DNA from: Caecitellus pseudoparvulus
Taxonomy: Eukaryota; Protista; Bigyra: Bicosoecida
Assembly: GCA_965644315.1 (NCBI GenBank)
Contig: CBFFRQ010000056.1
Span: 457,423 to 521,422, forward strand
Reading direction: 5' to 3'
Length of the DNA: 64,000 nt
The first letter of the stretch is position 1. Each line of letters begins with the position of its first letter. Shown in pieces: positions 33,531 through 44,194 of this stretch. The translations under genes were made by a program, and so were the position numbers. The notes under the pieces are model-generated. The model searched no databases. It was given only the letters and a program-made list of their open reading frames with translations, and had not been told where the DNA came from.

Positions 33531-35039
33531 TCAGCAGCCTGGTGCGAAGATGATTGACCACACTGACGGAAGCCACGCCACGTCCGCCGCCACCACCGCC
33601 ACCTCTGCCTGCGTCGGCTCCACCTTGTGCGCCTGCGGAGTCTCCTCTGCAGCTGCCATCGCTGCCTCCTCATCCGTCAGCCACCGCGTGAACAAATGCA
33701 CGCACTCATCACGCTGCTGCACGTGCTTCTTGCCGTGCGAGATGCCTCCCCCGTACAGCCCGTAGTCCGACACCACACGCATCCCCTCCGCACTCGCACT
33801 GTCCCCCACCATCACACCCCTCGAACCACGCCCCTGCAAGTGGAGATGAAGCCAGGAGGAAAAGCGCAGCTCGACGGGGCCCAGCCCTGTCGCGTGGCTG
33901 GCCACCAGCTGCATGCCAATGTCCTCACAGTTGCGGCCTTGCTTGACATGGCGGCGAATGGCCACTGTGGCGGCCGAGTCACTCCAGTACAGTGAGAGCA
34001 TGGAGTTTGGCACGAAGGCGTTCTTGGTGAGGGCGATGGAGTTGGGACGCCACAGGAGAAAGGTGGGCGCGTAGCGATAGTGGTGCCTGGCGCACCCTGT
34101 GCCAGCGTTCTTCCGTGGCTTGGGCGGGCTGGAGGTGCCAAGCCAGGCACTGGCCCCGTCACCGCCGACCGTATCTCGCGGCTGGGCTGCGCCAGAGGGA
34201 GCTGTGGGCATGAGGCCCCCATCCCGCTGGGCACGGCGCAGCGGCGCCCATGCCTCTTCCTCCCAGCGCTCAGCACAGCGACCCTGACGCCCCTCGAAGC
34301 CCACCAGCCGACGAGGGTGCCGCTGCGCCACGGCCGACCCACTGCACAGCTCCATGCACCGCATCCGCATGTCGTCGTCCACGTGGAACATCGACCCATG
34401 CACCCGCACAGGCGCAGATGTCACGCCCGCCGGACCAGATGCGCCCTCCCACGGGCCCTGCAGCTGCAGCACTCTCGGGTGCGGCACAAACCGCTCATTC
34501 AGGCCCATGTCCCCCGCCGCGTGCAGGACCACCGGCACTGCCAACAGGCGGTTGATGGTGGCGGGCTGCAGATCCAGCTTGGACCACAGCTCAGCATCTG
34601 CGTCCTGGATGGCACCCGCGACGAGGTGCCCCACCGATACCGGCAGGGGGCGCTCATTGTCTCCCCACACGACGTGCACCACACCAACACAGCTGCAGCG
34701 AGCGTAGTGCAGGATGGCGTCGGCCATGAGGACGTCATTCCGGAAGCCGTTCAGGACAATGCCCATCTTCACACCGTCTGTCAGGGACTGGGGCTGTGCG
34801 TCCCCCGGCGGGTGGGTGCCTCCTGACCGCAGGGTTTGTGCCAGGGCCTCCAGCACCAGGTGCGGAGTTTCGATGCCCGCCACATGGTATTGATAGGGCA
34901 CCGGGCGCGTGTTGGTGGAGTTGCAGGCGAAGCAGGTGAGCCATGTGGAGAGGGCACAGGCCAAGGCAATGGTGGCGATGGAGGCCAGGGCCACCCGGCA
35001 CAGTGGTAGGTGCCTTTTATTCCTGTTGCGAGGTGCCAT
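33531..35039 (-). CDS. Glycosyltransferase family 64 (EXTL2/exostosin C-terminal-like), type II membrane protein, copy 1
   Basis: N-terminal TM anchor; VVW, LNERF, HVDDD, RLVGF..R, SI.LTK, RNCEDIGM, GISH...H...R.EC motifs. Confidence 0.82.
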   Translation of the reverse strand: MAPRNRNKRHLPLCRVALASIATIALACALSTWLTCFACNSTNTRPVPYQYHVAGIETPHLVLEALAQTLRSGGTHPPGDAQPQSLTDGVKMGIVLNGFRNDVLMADAILHYARCSCVGVVHVVWGDNERPLPVSVGHLVAGAIQDADAELWSKLDLQPATINRLLAVPVVLHAAGDMGLNERFVPHPRVLQLQGPWEGASGPAGVTSAPVRVHGSMFHVDDDMRMRCMELCSGSAVAQRHPRRLVGFEGRQGRCAERWEEEAWAPLRRAQRDGGLMPTAPSGAAQPRDTVGGDGASAWLGTSSPPKPRKNAGTGCARHHYRYAPTFLLWRPNSIALTKNAFVPNSMLSLYWSDSAATVAIRRHVKQGRNCEDIGMQLVASHATGLGPVELRFSSWLHLHLQGRGSRGVMVGDSASAEGMRVVSDYGLYGGGISHGKKHVQQRDECVHLFTRWLTDEEAAMAAAEETPQAHKVEPTQAEVAVVAADVAWLPSVWSIIFAPGC

Positions 35040-35380
35040 CTCGCCGTCTGCATCTCGGGACGCCGAGCATGGCAGGCGTTCCAACATGTTCTCGGCTGAA
35101 AGCCACTGACACGGGGTGGGACCTCATGAGCGATGTGGTGTGAAACATACATTCTCTGGTCGGGTTTTGAGCTGTGCAGTCGCTGGTCGCGCCGCTGTGA
35201 GGCGTGTGGTGCTCTGGCAACTCTGTTGCTGCGGCGGGGGGCCAGGGAAGCCGCGCCACAAAGCGTGAACACCTGGACAAAGCAAACAGCCTGGTGCAAG
35301 GCAACCAGGGCCACACAAAGCTGCTCCAGCATGCGCTGGGCGCGGCTTGCTGCGGCGGCTTCAGGGGGGGTTTGGTCAGG

Positions 35381-36796
35381 CTAGCATCCAGGCGCAGTGA
35401 CGGCTCGTGACAGGAACGGAAGCCACGCCACGTCCGCCGCCACCACCGCCACCTCTGCCTGCGTCGGCTCCACCTTGTGCGCCTGCGGAGTCTCCTCTGC
35501 AGCTGCCACCGCCGCCTCCTCATCCGTCAGCCACCGCGTGAACAAATGCACGCACTCACCCCGCCGACGAAAGTGGTCCCCTCCGTGCGAGATGCCTCCC
35601 CCATGCTCACCATAGTCCGACACCACACGCATCCCCTCCGCACTCGCACTGTCCCCCACCGTCACACCCCTCGAACCACCCCGCTGCAGGTATTGGTGCA
35701 ACCAGGAGGAAAAGCGCAGCTCGACGGGGCCTAGCCCTGTCGCGTGGCTGGCCACCAGCTGCATGCCAATGTCCTCACAGTTGCGGCCTTGCTTCACATG
35801 GCGACGAATGGCCAGTGTGGCGGGTGAGTCACTCCAGTACAGTGAGAGCATGGAGTTTGGCACGAAGGCGTTCTTGGTGAGGACGATAGAGTTTGGACGC
35901 CACAGGAGGAAGTGCCCAGGAAAAGAGTACTGGTGCTCCAGGCACCCTGTCTGCGGGGCCTGTGCTGGCCGAGTGCACTTGGCTTGTCGTCCATCGAAGC
36001 CCACCAGCCGACGAGGGTGCCGCTGCGCCACGGCCGACCCACTGCACAGCTCCATGCACCGCATCCGCATGTCGTCGTCCACGTGGAACATCGACCCATG
36101 CACCCGCACAGGCGCAGATGTCACGCCCGCCGGACCAGATGCGCCCTCCCACGGGCCCTGCAGCTGCAGCACTCTCGGGTGCGGCACAAACCGCTCATTC
36201 AGGCCCATGTCCCCCGCCGCGTGCAGGACCACCGGCACTGCCAACAGGCGGTTGATGGTGGCGGGCTGCAGATCCAGCTTGGACCACAGCTCAGCATCTG
36301 CGTCCTGGATGGCACCCGCGACGAGGTGCCCCACCGATACCGGCAGGGGGCGCTCATTGTCTCCCCACACGACGTGCACCACACCAACACAGCTGCAGCG
36401 AGCGTAGTGCAGGATGGCGTCGGCCATGAGGACGTCATTCCGGAAGCCGTTCAGGACAATGCCCATCTTCACACCGTCTGTCAGGGACTGGGGCTGTGCG
36501 TCCCCCGGCGGGTGGGTGCCCCCTGACCGCAGGGTTTGTGCCAGGGCCTCCAGCACCAGGTGCGGAGTTTCGATGCCCGCCACATGGTATTGGTAGGGCA
36601 CCGGGCGCGTGTTGGTGGAGTTGCAGGCGAAGCAGGTGAGCCATGTGGAGAGGGCACAGGCCAAGGCAATGGTGGCGATGGAGGCCAGGGCCACCCGGCA
36701 CAAGTTTACTTGTCTGCGCAGGCCCTTGGCGTTCGGACCATCGGTGTCTGTCTTCCCTCCGCAGGTGGGTAGACACCCCGTGCCATTCAAGAGCAT
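35381..36796 (-). CDS. Glycosyltransferase family 64, copy 2 (tandem duplicate)
   Basis: Same motifs and near-identical DNA to copy 1. The start is uncertain (ORF extends to 37132). Confidence 0.82.
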   Translation of the reverse strand: MLLNGTGCLPTCGGKTDTDGPNAKGLRRQVNLCRVALASIATIALACALSTWLTCFACNSTNTRPVPYQYHVAGIETPHLVLEALAQTLRSGGTHPPGDAQPQSLTDGVKMGIVLNGFRNDVLMADAILHYARCSCVGVVHVVWGDNERPLPVSVGHLVAGAIQDADAELWSKLDLQPATINRLLAVPVVLHAAGDMGLNERFVPHPRVLQLQGPWEGASGPAGVTSAPVRVHGSMFHVDDDMRMRCMELCSGSAVAQRHPRRLVGFDGRQAKCTRPAQAPQTGCLEHQYSFPGHFLLWRPNSIVLTKNAFVPNSMLSLYWSDSPATLAIRRHVKQGRNCEDIGMQLVASHATGLGPVELRFSSWLHQYLQRGGSRGVTVGDSASAEGMRVVSDYGEHGGGISHGGDHFRRRGECVHLFTRWLTDEEAAVAAAEETPQAHKVEPTQAEVAVVAADVAWLPFLSRAVTAPGC

Positions 36797-37449
36797 GGCT
36801 GCTTCAGCTTCCAAGTATGGACTGCGATCCTCGTACGAACAACGAACAAGCCAATGGCAGTCTCTTGTTGCCGTTTCACGTTTGTCATGTGGGGATGATT
36901 GCTCAGATGTATCTGCGCGGGCAAGTACTGCTGGCGCTCCCATGATTGGGTCGGAATGGCAAGCTGGGGCGCCAATGGATTCTTCAAAGTCTCCACACGG
37001 ATTTTCTCTGCTATCCCAGTGGCTACCAGCCGTGGGCGTGGAGTGTTTGAGGTGGTTTTGTTTCGCTGTCGCCGTTGGGCAACGTGCCGGGCAACGCGCC
37101 ACACGCTGCATTCGCACATGTGAGGGGTGCATGGCAGCTGAAAACCTGTTGATTAATCATTTATCCCGTTCATGGTTGAGGCAAGGCCTCCCTGGAAGTC
37201 CGCAGGCGCCGGCAGGTGTCGCGCCGAAGCCATGTGACCCCCCCCCCCCGGCAACCCTGTGAGTATCCCAACAAGTATATGACTAAAACATTCGGTCTGC
37301 AATGAATGAAGTGCACTTCACCTGTGAACACTGTCGCTCGCTGCCGGAGCCTGGCGTTGATTCCGAGAAAGGAGCCGGTGTCCAGACCATCCTGGCTCAC
37401 TGAGCACAAATTGCGCTGCCGTTCCGGTTCTATTCGCGGCCTAAGCAGC

Positions 37450-37774
37450 ATGGCATCAAGTGAGCGAAGAACGGTACTATCAGCATCCCACCAGAAAGAT
37501 TTGGATGAGGCGAAGGTGCGTGCCAACGCTGTGAACGAGGGCGAGTATTGGGTAGGTCGCTGAGCGACGTCGCCCGTTTCCGCAGACCTCACTGCGTATG
37601 AAAGACAGCGAGTACCTTGAGAAGCACCCGGAGGCGCAAAAGATGGTGGAGGCCTTTGTGTCCCATCTTTTGGCAACCAAGCCTGATGACACGATCGCTG
37701 CCGCGGTGCAGTTCTTTCAAGACACAGACAGGGTGAAGGCCTCCGTGCTCAAGCAAACGAAGCTCCCAAAGTAG
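37450..37774 (+). CDS. RIIa/Dpy-30-like dimerization-docking domain protein (RIIAD1-like); exons 37450-37515 and 37586-37774
   Basis: Spliced product LSASHQKDLDEAKTSLRMKDSEYLEKHPEAQKMVEAFVSHLLATKPDDTIAAAVQFF fits the YL..HPE....F...L...P....A..FF pattern. Not captured whole by the ORF track. Confidence 0.72.
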
Positions 37775-38223
37775 GCTGGGGGGCATGTAGAGGGTACCCT
37801 ACTTGAACTGGCGTATCTCTCTGGGCGCCTCTGATCCTGCACCTCGGCTGGCGTTCTTTGGAGGGGCAGCTTGAGGGGAGTCGAGGACTCCCTGCGTGCA
37901 GCGTTGCAGCGTCCGCTGGGCATGCTGTCCTTCAAAGCTAGCGGAGGATCTGCATCGTTTGTATGCCTTTTCTGGTGCTCGCCAGCTCTCCTGTTTCCGA
38001 CCCTTGTGCTCCGCACTGCCGGAGAAGAATGCACGTTGGAGCTAGCTGGGCCAAGCGACGGGCTCGATCAAAACTCATCGCACCCTACTCTCTGCCTGAC
38101 GACAGAGGAAGGTGCACTTGCTTCCACAGCTCCCTTCCGGCAGCAGGGCTTGCGCATCGGCCTGTTTGACCAAGGGAGGAGCTCCTCTGGTCGCAGGTGG
38201 AGAGCAATTTCCGCCGCCTCACC

Positions 38224-38954
38224 ATGGTGTTTTTTCAGGTGCGACAGCCGCCAGCAGTGTCAGCACGCCGCTACACTCACACGAAGCAACACTCACAATC
38301 ACACAGAAGACACTGCGGCACACAATCCAGCTGCACCCCAGGTACTTGGGGCAGAACTTGCGTGACACGTTGGAAACCCAGCTGCGCAGGGATGTGGAGG
38401 GGACGCTGGAGGCAGATGCTTTCGTCATCACCGTCATGGGCATGAACTCTGACAGCTCAGTGCAAGGCACAGTGAACGCTCAGTCGGGCTTTGTGACGTT
38501 CGAAGTGACGTACGATGCCATTCTCTTCCGGGCCTTCAAGCACGAAGTGCTGCTTGGCGAAGTGTCGGCAGTGACCACCCAGGGGATCTTTGTGGACTCT
38601 GGTCCCCTGTCCACCTTCATCATCAGCTTGGTACGAAGCTCGTTTTCGCGGTAGCGGCCATGCATGCGTGACACACTCTTTTCTGCGTCCTGCAGAACTT
38701 GCCCGAAGGCATGGAGTTTGACGCCGCAGAGAGCTGCTACAGGAACGCGGAGACTCAGGAAAAGATCGCCGTTGGGCAGTCAGTGCGGTACCGAATCCTG
38801 ACGGCAGATCACGGGACTGGTCAGGGTGTACGTGGGGGCTCCTAGCCATTCTGCTCGCGTGCCGTGTGTCGAACTCACCCTCGCCCCGCTTCCGCCACAG
38901 GGTGCCATCGGGAACATGAGCAAGCCTTACTTGGGCACCATTGATGCCTCGTGA
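38224..38954 (+). CDS. RPB7: RNA polymerase II subunit RPB7 (multi-exon)
   Basis: MVFFQ|KTLRHTIQLHPRYLG...VEGT...F.V.Y.AILFRAFK.EV..G.V..V...GIF..SGPL...GAIGNMSKPYLG, with GT-AG introns. Confidence 0.88.
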
Positions 38955-39010
38955 GCGAATGAATGCATTGTCCAGTGTGGTGCCCGCGGGCTGCACGCCC
39001 ACGCACCGCT

Positions 39011-40597
39011 TCAGAACTCCTGCGGCTCGTCTTCCTCCCCCTCCGATTTGGCCTCCACAGCCTCCAGCATGCCCATCAGTTCCTCCGCCGTGCTCAGACT
39101 CTCAGCCAGCTCCTGCTCCTTTGTTGCCAAGTACGCGGCAGACGCCTCCAGCTCTGCCTCCAGCTCTGCCACCCTGCTGCGAGCGGTCTGGGCCTCGGCG
39201 GCTGCAGCTTGCGTCGCAGCAGTCGCCTCTTCAGTCGCCTGCTTGGCAGCGGCCACCTCCTGCTGTGCACTGGCCACTTCAGCGGTCCGTGCTTCCAAGG
39301 CGCTTTGGGCCTTGGCCAGGAGCTTCTTGGCGGTGTCCAGGTCCTTCTTCGCAGCCGCCTCGCCCGCCTCCGCCGCCGCCAGTGCTTCCTGCAGGCTGGC
39401 TGCCTCAGCCCTGGCTTCTTCGCACGCAGTCTCAGCCCGCCCCTTGGCCAGTTCACTCTGTTTGGCAGCTTGCTTCGCAGCCTGCAGCTCAGTGCGGGCG
39501 GTTGCCAGGTCTGCCTTGATGCCAGAGTACTTGGCGTCGAATGCCTTGAACTCCTCTGCGAACTTGTGCAAGTGTGCGGACTTGGCCTCCAGCCGCTCCC
39601 GAGCACTGGCTGCTTCAGCTTTGGCTTCCTGCAGCCGACTGTCGGCCAGCACGGCGGCGGACGTGGTGTCCGTGCGCAGAGCAGTGAGCTCCGCCCGCAC
39701 CTCCGCCAAGGCGTCTTCCGCCGCGTCAGCCCGAGCCGAGGCCTCGGTCGAGCTCGCAGCTGCGGACATGAGGCTGCGCTGGGCCTTGTCAGCGTCCGCC
39801 TTGTGCTGCTCTGCGGCAGCCTGAGCGGCAGACAGCTGGGCCTGCAGGGTCGCTGCCTGAGCCTCCAGCTCGCTCATGCGCCCTTCAGCTTTCTCCAGCA
39901 ACGCACCAAAGCGGCCTCGCTCGGCAAGAGCACGCTCAGCTCGTGCGTTGGCAGCCTCAAACTCACTGCTCAGCGCCTCCAGCTGCTCCTGCAGTGCTGC
40001 CTTGTCGGCGTCCTCGCGAGAGCTCGCCTCTGCCTTGGCAGCACGCCGGGTCTCCAAGGCCACCTGCTTGCGAATGACCTCCACCTGGGCCTCGGAATAC
40101 TTTGGCAGGTGCCGAGCTGCACCTGGGCTCAGTGTGGCGCTGCTGGAGGGAGTGGACGTGGGCCGAGGGCGAGGCTTGTCCACGCCAACGCCAGCGACCT
40201 CGTCGCTTGGCTCAGCTGCATCACTTGCGTCACTTGGCGCAGCTTCCGCGGGCTGGCTTGAAGTCTGCGCAGTTCTTTCAGAGGAGACTGGTGGTGCAGC
40301 ATGTGTCACTTGCAGCTGTGCAGTCAGAGATTGCGCATTGCTCACGCTTGCAGACGGCGCCAGGCTGCGCTTTGCGGAAGTTGACAGTGGCGCGCCTGCA
40401 TTCGGGTCACGTGTCCCCAGCGTTGCAGGCGTGGACCGCTCACTTCCCGTGCTGGATTGCCCCGGTGTAGCAGAGGAGAGTGGAGTGCTACTATCCTGGC
40501 TGCGTTTGCGGCTTCGCCGGCGCCCTTTGGGGATCATGAAGACGATGCCATCGTCCACCTCAACTCCTGCCGTTGCGGCTGCCGCAGAGTCCATGAT
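39011..40597 (-). CDS. Coiled-coil protein of unknown function
   Basis: Long Ala/Glu/Lys heptad-rich ORF (39011..40840); start approximate. Confidence 0.6.
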   Translation of the reverse strand: MMDSAAAATAGVEVDDGIVFMIPKGRRRSRKRSQDSSTPLSSATPGQSSTGSERSTPATLGTRDPNAGAPLSTSAKRSLAPSASVSNAQSLTAQLQVTHAAPPVSSERTAQTSSQPAEAAPSDASDAAEPSDEVAGVGVDKPRPRPTSTPSSSATLSPGAARHLPKYSEAQVEVIRKQVALETRRAAKAEASSREDADKAALQEQLEALSSEFEAANARAERALAERGRFGALLEKAEGRMSELEAQAATLQAQLSAAQAAAEQHKADADKAQRSLMSAAASSTEASARADAAEDALAEVRAELTALRTDTTSAAVLADSRLQEAKAEAASARERLEAKSAHLHKFAEEFKAFDAKYSGIKADLATARTELQAAKQAAKQSELAKGRAETACEEARAEAASLQEALAAAEAGEAAAKKDLDTAKKLLAKAQSALEARTAEVASAQQEVAAAKQATEEATAATQAAAAEAQTARSRVAELEAELEASAAYLATKEQELAESLSTAEELMGMLEAVEAKSEGEEDEPQEF

Positions 40598-40884
40598 GGA
40601 CGCTGAGGTTCCTGGACACCAGACCGTGCCTGGAGCTGCGCAGTGGCAAGTTGCAGGGAGTGTTGAAATTGCAGTGTGTCTCCGATTGCTCGAAGCCTGT
40701 TGGGTGCTTGCATGCAGCCCGGCCTGGACTGCGAGGAGTTCCCGCGTGTCATTCAGGCGAGGCGCTTCGAGCGCAAGTCTGCGCAAATTTATTGAGACCA
40801 AGAGTCCGGGAAAGCCGAGCCACACTGCTACCGAGCACAATCAAGGTAGCGCTCTGCTCGCTGGTGCTACTGCCCGTGCCTGCC

Positions 40885-43800
40885 ATGGCAGAGTCTGCCA
40901 TGACGCCCGCAGAGGGCCTGCTTCAGTGGGTGGGTGTCGCTGTGTGCTGCCGCTTCGCCACCACCTGCTTCAGCAACAGCCCACGCTCCTCGCTCCCGTG
41001 CAGCTGAACCAAATGACTGGCACTGAACAAGATAGCTTGAAGGGCTATGCTGATGGGGACTTGTGCCGAGTGATCCTGGAGGATGCGTGAGTTGCGTGTC
41101 GCTGCGCGCCAGCCTTCATTTTCCGCACCCAGTTTCCGTTATGCACAGGTTTGAGGACCAAGTGGACGTTGACGACTTGGAAGACATGGAAGCGTGCTTT
41201 GCATACTTTGATGCGTCTATCAAGGTGCGCTATGCTTGTCTACCTGCCAGCGTGCCTCGAGACGCAAGCCACTGGTGTCACTGGCTTCGCTGCGCAGGCG
41301 GAGGACTTGTCCATCGCCCCGGAGGATGTCACTGCGGACGCCAGTGCTGAGGTCTTGGAAGCCTTCGCTAAGTTCACACTTCTCGCTTGCTTTGCTAGCA
41401 AGAACCGGGTGGAGTATGTGCAGGGCGTCATGCAGCTGCCTCCTGACTGCCAAGAGGCGTTGAAGGCGGTCATCCTCGGCGCCAACCAGCCCTCCAGTCC
41501 CGCTGGAAGCTGCCGCACAGCGGACACTGAGACGTGAGTGGCGCACCCCCATGTTCAACTCCACCCTTCACTGCAGTGCACCGCCTCTTCGCTTCGCTTG
41601 GCGCAGGCCGCACTCCCAACGCACAGCCAGCACGTGTGACTCGGCGGCAGGCAGTGCAGCATCGGGGGACTGCGTGGAATTCCACCCCTACAAGGGCATG
41701 AAGGCCCTGCAGCGCGAGAACGCACAGCTGCGGCAGGAACTCCAAGATGCGCAGGCAGCGCTTGCGGCCGCTCCGCATCACGAGGAGGGTGGGGCCTCGC
41801 TGGAGGCGGTTCAGGCGGGCCTGGACGCGGCCCGGCGAGCAGACGCCGCGGAGCGGGAGGTGGACCAGTTGCGCCGGGAGGTACGCACACTGCGCACCTC
41901 CTTGAACTCAGCGCAGGTGGCGGCAGCCGAGGTGGACGGCTTGAAGGAGCAGCTGGACGTGCTTCGTGCCCAGGCAGCCAAGGCACAGGAAGCTGAAGCC
42001 ACTGTGGCAGCACTGCGAGGGCGCCTGGAAACTGCACAGGAGGCTGCCAAGGCCCAGGCAGAGCTGGAAGGTGCCCATGCGGAGCTGTTGGCGCGGAACG
42101 CGGAGTTGCAGCGGGAGGCGGGCAAGGTGGGCAAGCTGACGCACACTCTGGAGCAGGTCAAGTCCTCCCTGGTGGAGGCGGAGCTGCAGTCCTCGGAGCT
42201 GAGCATGGAGGCGGAGAGTGCCAAGGCCGAGGTGGAGCGCCTGACCGCTGCGCTGGTGGAGGCCACCGCTTCTGCGGCGGCGGGCGGCAGCGGCGCCGTC
42301 AGCGTCGTCTGCGCTGAGGCTCCAGCTCCAGTCGTGGGCAGCAGCCTGGCAGGCGGCGTGTCTGAGTTCAACCCCGCCGTGGCGGCTGAACTGGCGCAGC
42401 TACGAGAGGCCAATGAGAGCTTGAAGGCCATGCTGGACAGCGAGAGTTCCGAGCGCGTGGTGAAGCTAGAGACGCTGCTGGAGAACACACGGAGCCTGCG
42501 GTGGAAATTCGAGTCCAAGTACAAGGAGACAGCGGGGCAGCTGAAGAGCACACAGAGCTCCCTGGAATCGGTCCAAGAGCAGCTGGCCAAGGCCACCGGG
42601 CAGGTGGCGGAGGGTGAAGCCCTCGCAGAGCGGCTGGAAGGCGAGCTGCAGGTGGCCCACAGCAAGCACGCGGCAGTGGTGGCAGACCTCGCTGCGCTGC
42701 AGGCCACCCTGGACCGTGTCAAGACGGATGCAGCAGATGACTGCGCAGCTTTGAGAGGCGAAGTGGAGCGTGTCCGTGCAGATGCCGCAGCGGCAGGGGA
42801 AGCTGCGGCAGCTACCTTGGCACAAGTCAAGGAAGCAGCCGCCCAGGATTCAGCAGCTGCGCAAGCTGAGTTGCGGCAGCTGCGTGAGCAGGTGGTGGCG
42901 GAGTTGGAGGCGGCCAATGCCCAAGCCAACGCGGAGGTGGCGCGTGTGGAGGCTGAGCTGGCCGCGGCCAAGCAGGCCCACACAGAGGCGCAGAGCATGG
43001 CAGATGAGGAGGCCGCAGTGCGAGCAGCCCAGGCGCAGGAGCAGCTGTGTGCCATGCGCGAGGAGGCTGCTGCTCGGCTGGCCGAGGCGGAGGCCAGTTT
43101 CCAGGCACAGTTGGCTGCACAAGGCGAGGCCATGGCTGCGTACCAGGCCCAGCATCAGGTCAGCACGGAGCAGCACGTGGAGGAGGTAGCTGCTCTGCAG
43201 AGGCAGGCGGAGGAAAGCGCCAGGCGGCTGGAAGGCACGGAAGGTGCCGTGGCGGCGCTGCAGGGAGACTTGGCCACGGCGCGGGAGAAGGTGTCCAAGC
43301 AGGCCGCCCTGATCGAGAGGGGGAAGGAACAGCTGAAGAGTTTGAAGGCGGACAAGGCCAGCCTGGAAAGGAGACTGGGCGAGGTGGTGGCTGCCTCGCA
43401 CAACAGCGAGCAAGCCAGCACTGGGCCCTGGGCAGCTCTGCAGAAGCTGCGCGAGGACCTGAAGTATTACCAGGGCAAGGCACAGGCCAAGGAACAGCAA
43501 GTGCAGCGCTTGGAGCGACACTTCGAGGCCCATGGCTTCAAGTTGAGCGCCCTGGACACGGAGGCCACCCCGCTGGCAGCTGCAGGGGAGACCGGGACCG
43601 GCTCGCGGCGCGTGACACGGTCTGCCGTCGAGGAGGGGGTGTCCAAGGCGGAGCTGGCTGCACAGACCATCCGGCGCCTGGAGAAGGAGGTGTCCAATCT
43701 GAAGGATGCCAAGGTCACCTTGGATCTGCAAGTGGCTGACCTCGAAGCGAAGTGCTACCACCAAGCCAAAGAGCTGGAAGCGGCGCAGACGGCAAAGCAC

Positions 43801-44154
43801 ATCGCAGTGCCGTCGCCGACGCCTCTCCCCGAGGCCACAGCGCCCAAAGCCCAGGAGGCGGCGGCGAGGCCCGTTGCGCCGGCCGCTGGTCCTGCTGGCG
43901 CCGACGCACCAGGTCCCTGTCTGGTGCAAGGCCAGGGAGAGGATGATGACGACGATGAATTCTCTCAGAGCGCCACAGTCTTGCAGCAGGCAGGGCAGCC
44001 GAGCATGGTGGTGAGCCAGCCTGCCACCGTGTCCACAGTGGCTGCGACACGGCAGAGAACTGCTCGCACGGCGCGGTCCAGCACCTACGCCCGGGGCAAC
44101 AAGCGCGTGGTGGGCAGGCGGAAGGCTCTGGGGGCGAGGTCCACCAACACGTGA
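40885..44154 (+). CDS. HOOK-family microtubule/dynein adaptor (multi-exon)
   Basis: N-terminal GLLQWV...ADG...IL and LLACFASKNRVEYVQGVMQLPPDCQEALKAVI resemble the Hook domain; followed by a very long coiled coil. Confidence 0.7.
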
Positions 44155-44194
44155 GTCACTGTGGGCAAATGCATTGCTGCAGTGGCCCGCTTGC

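Noticed and set aside
37290-37410. Possible C/D box snoRNA in the AT-richer intergenic region (ATGAATGA ... CTGA)
   Set aside because: Box C is imperfect, and I could not identify a terminal stem or an rRNA-complementary guide.
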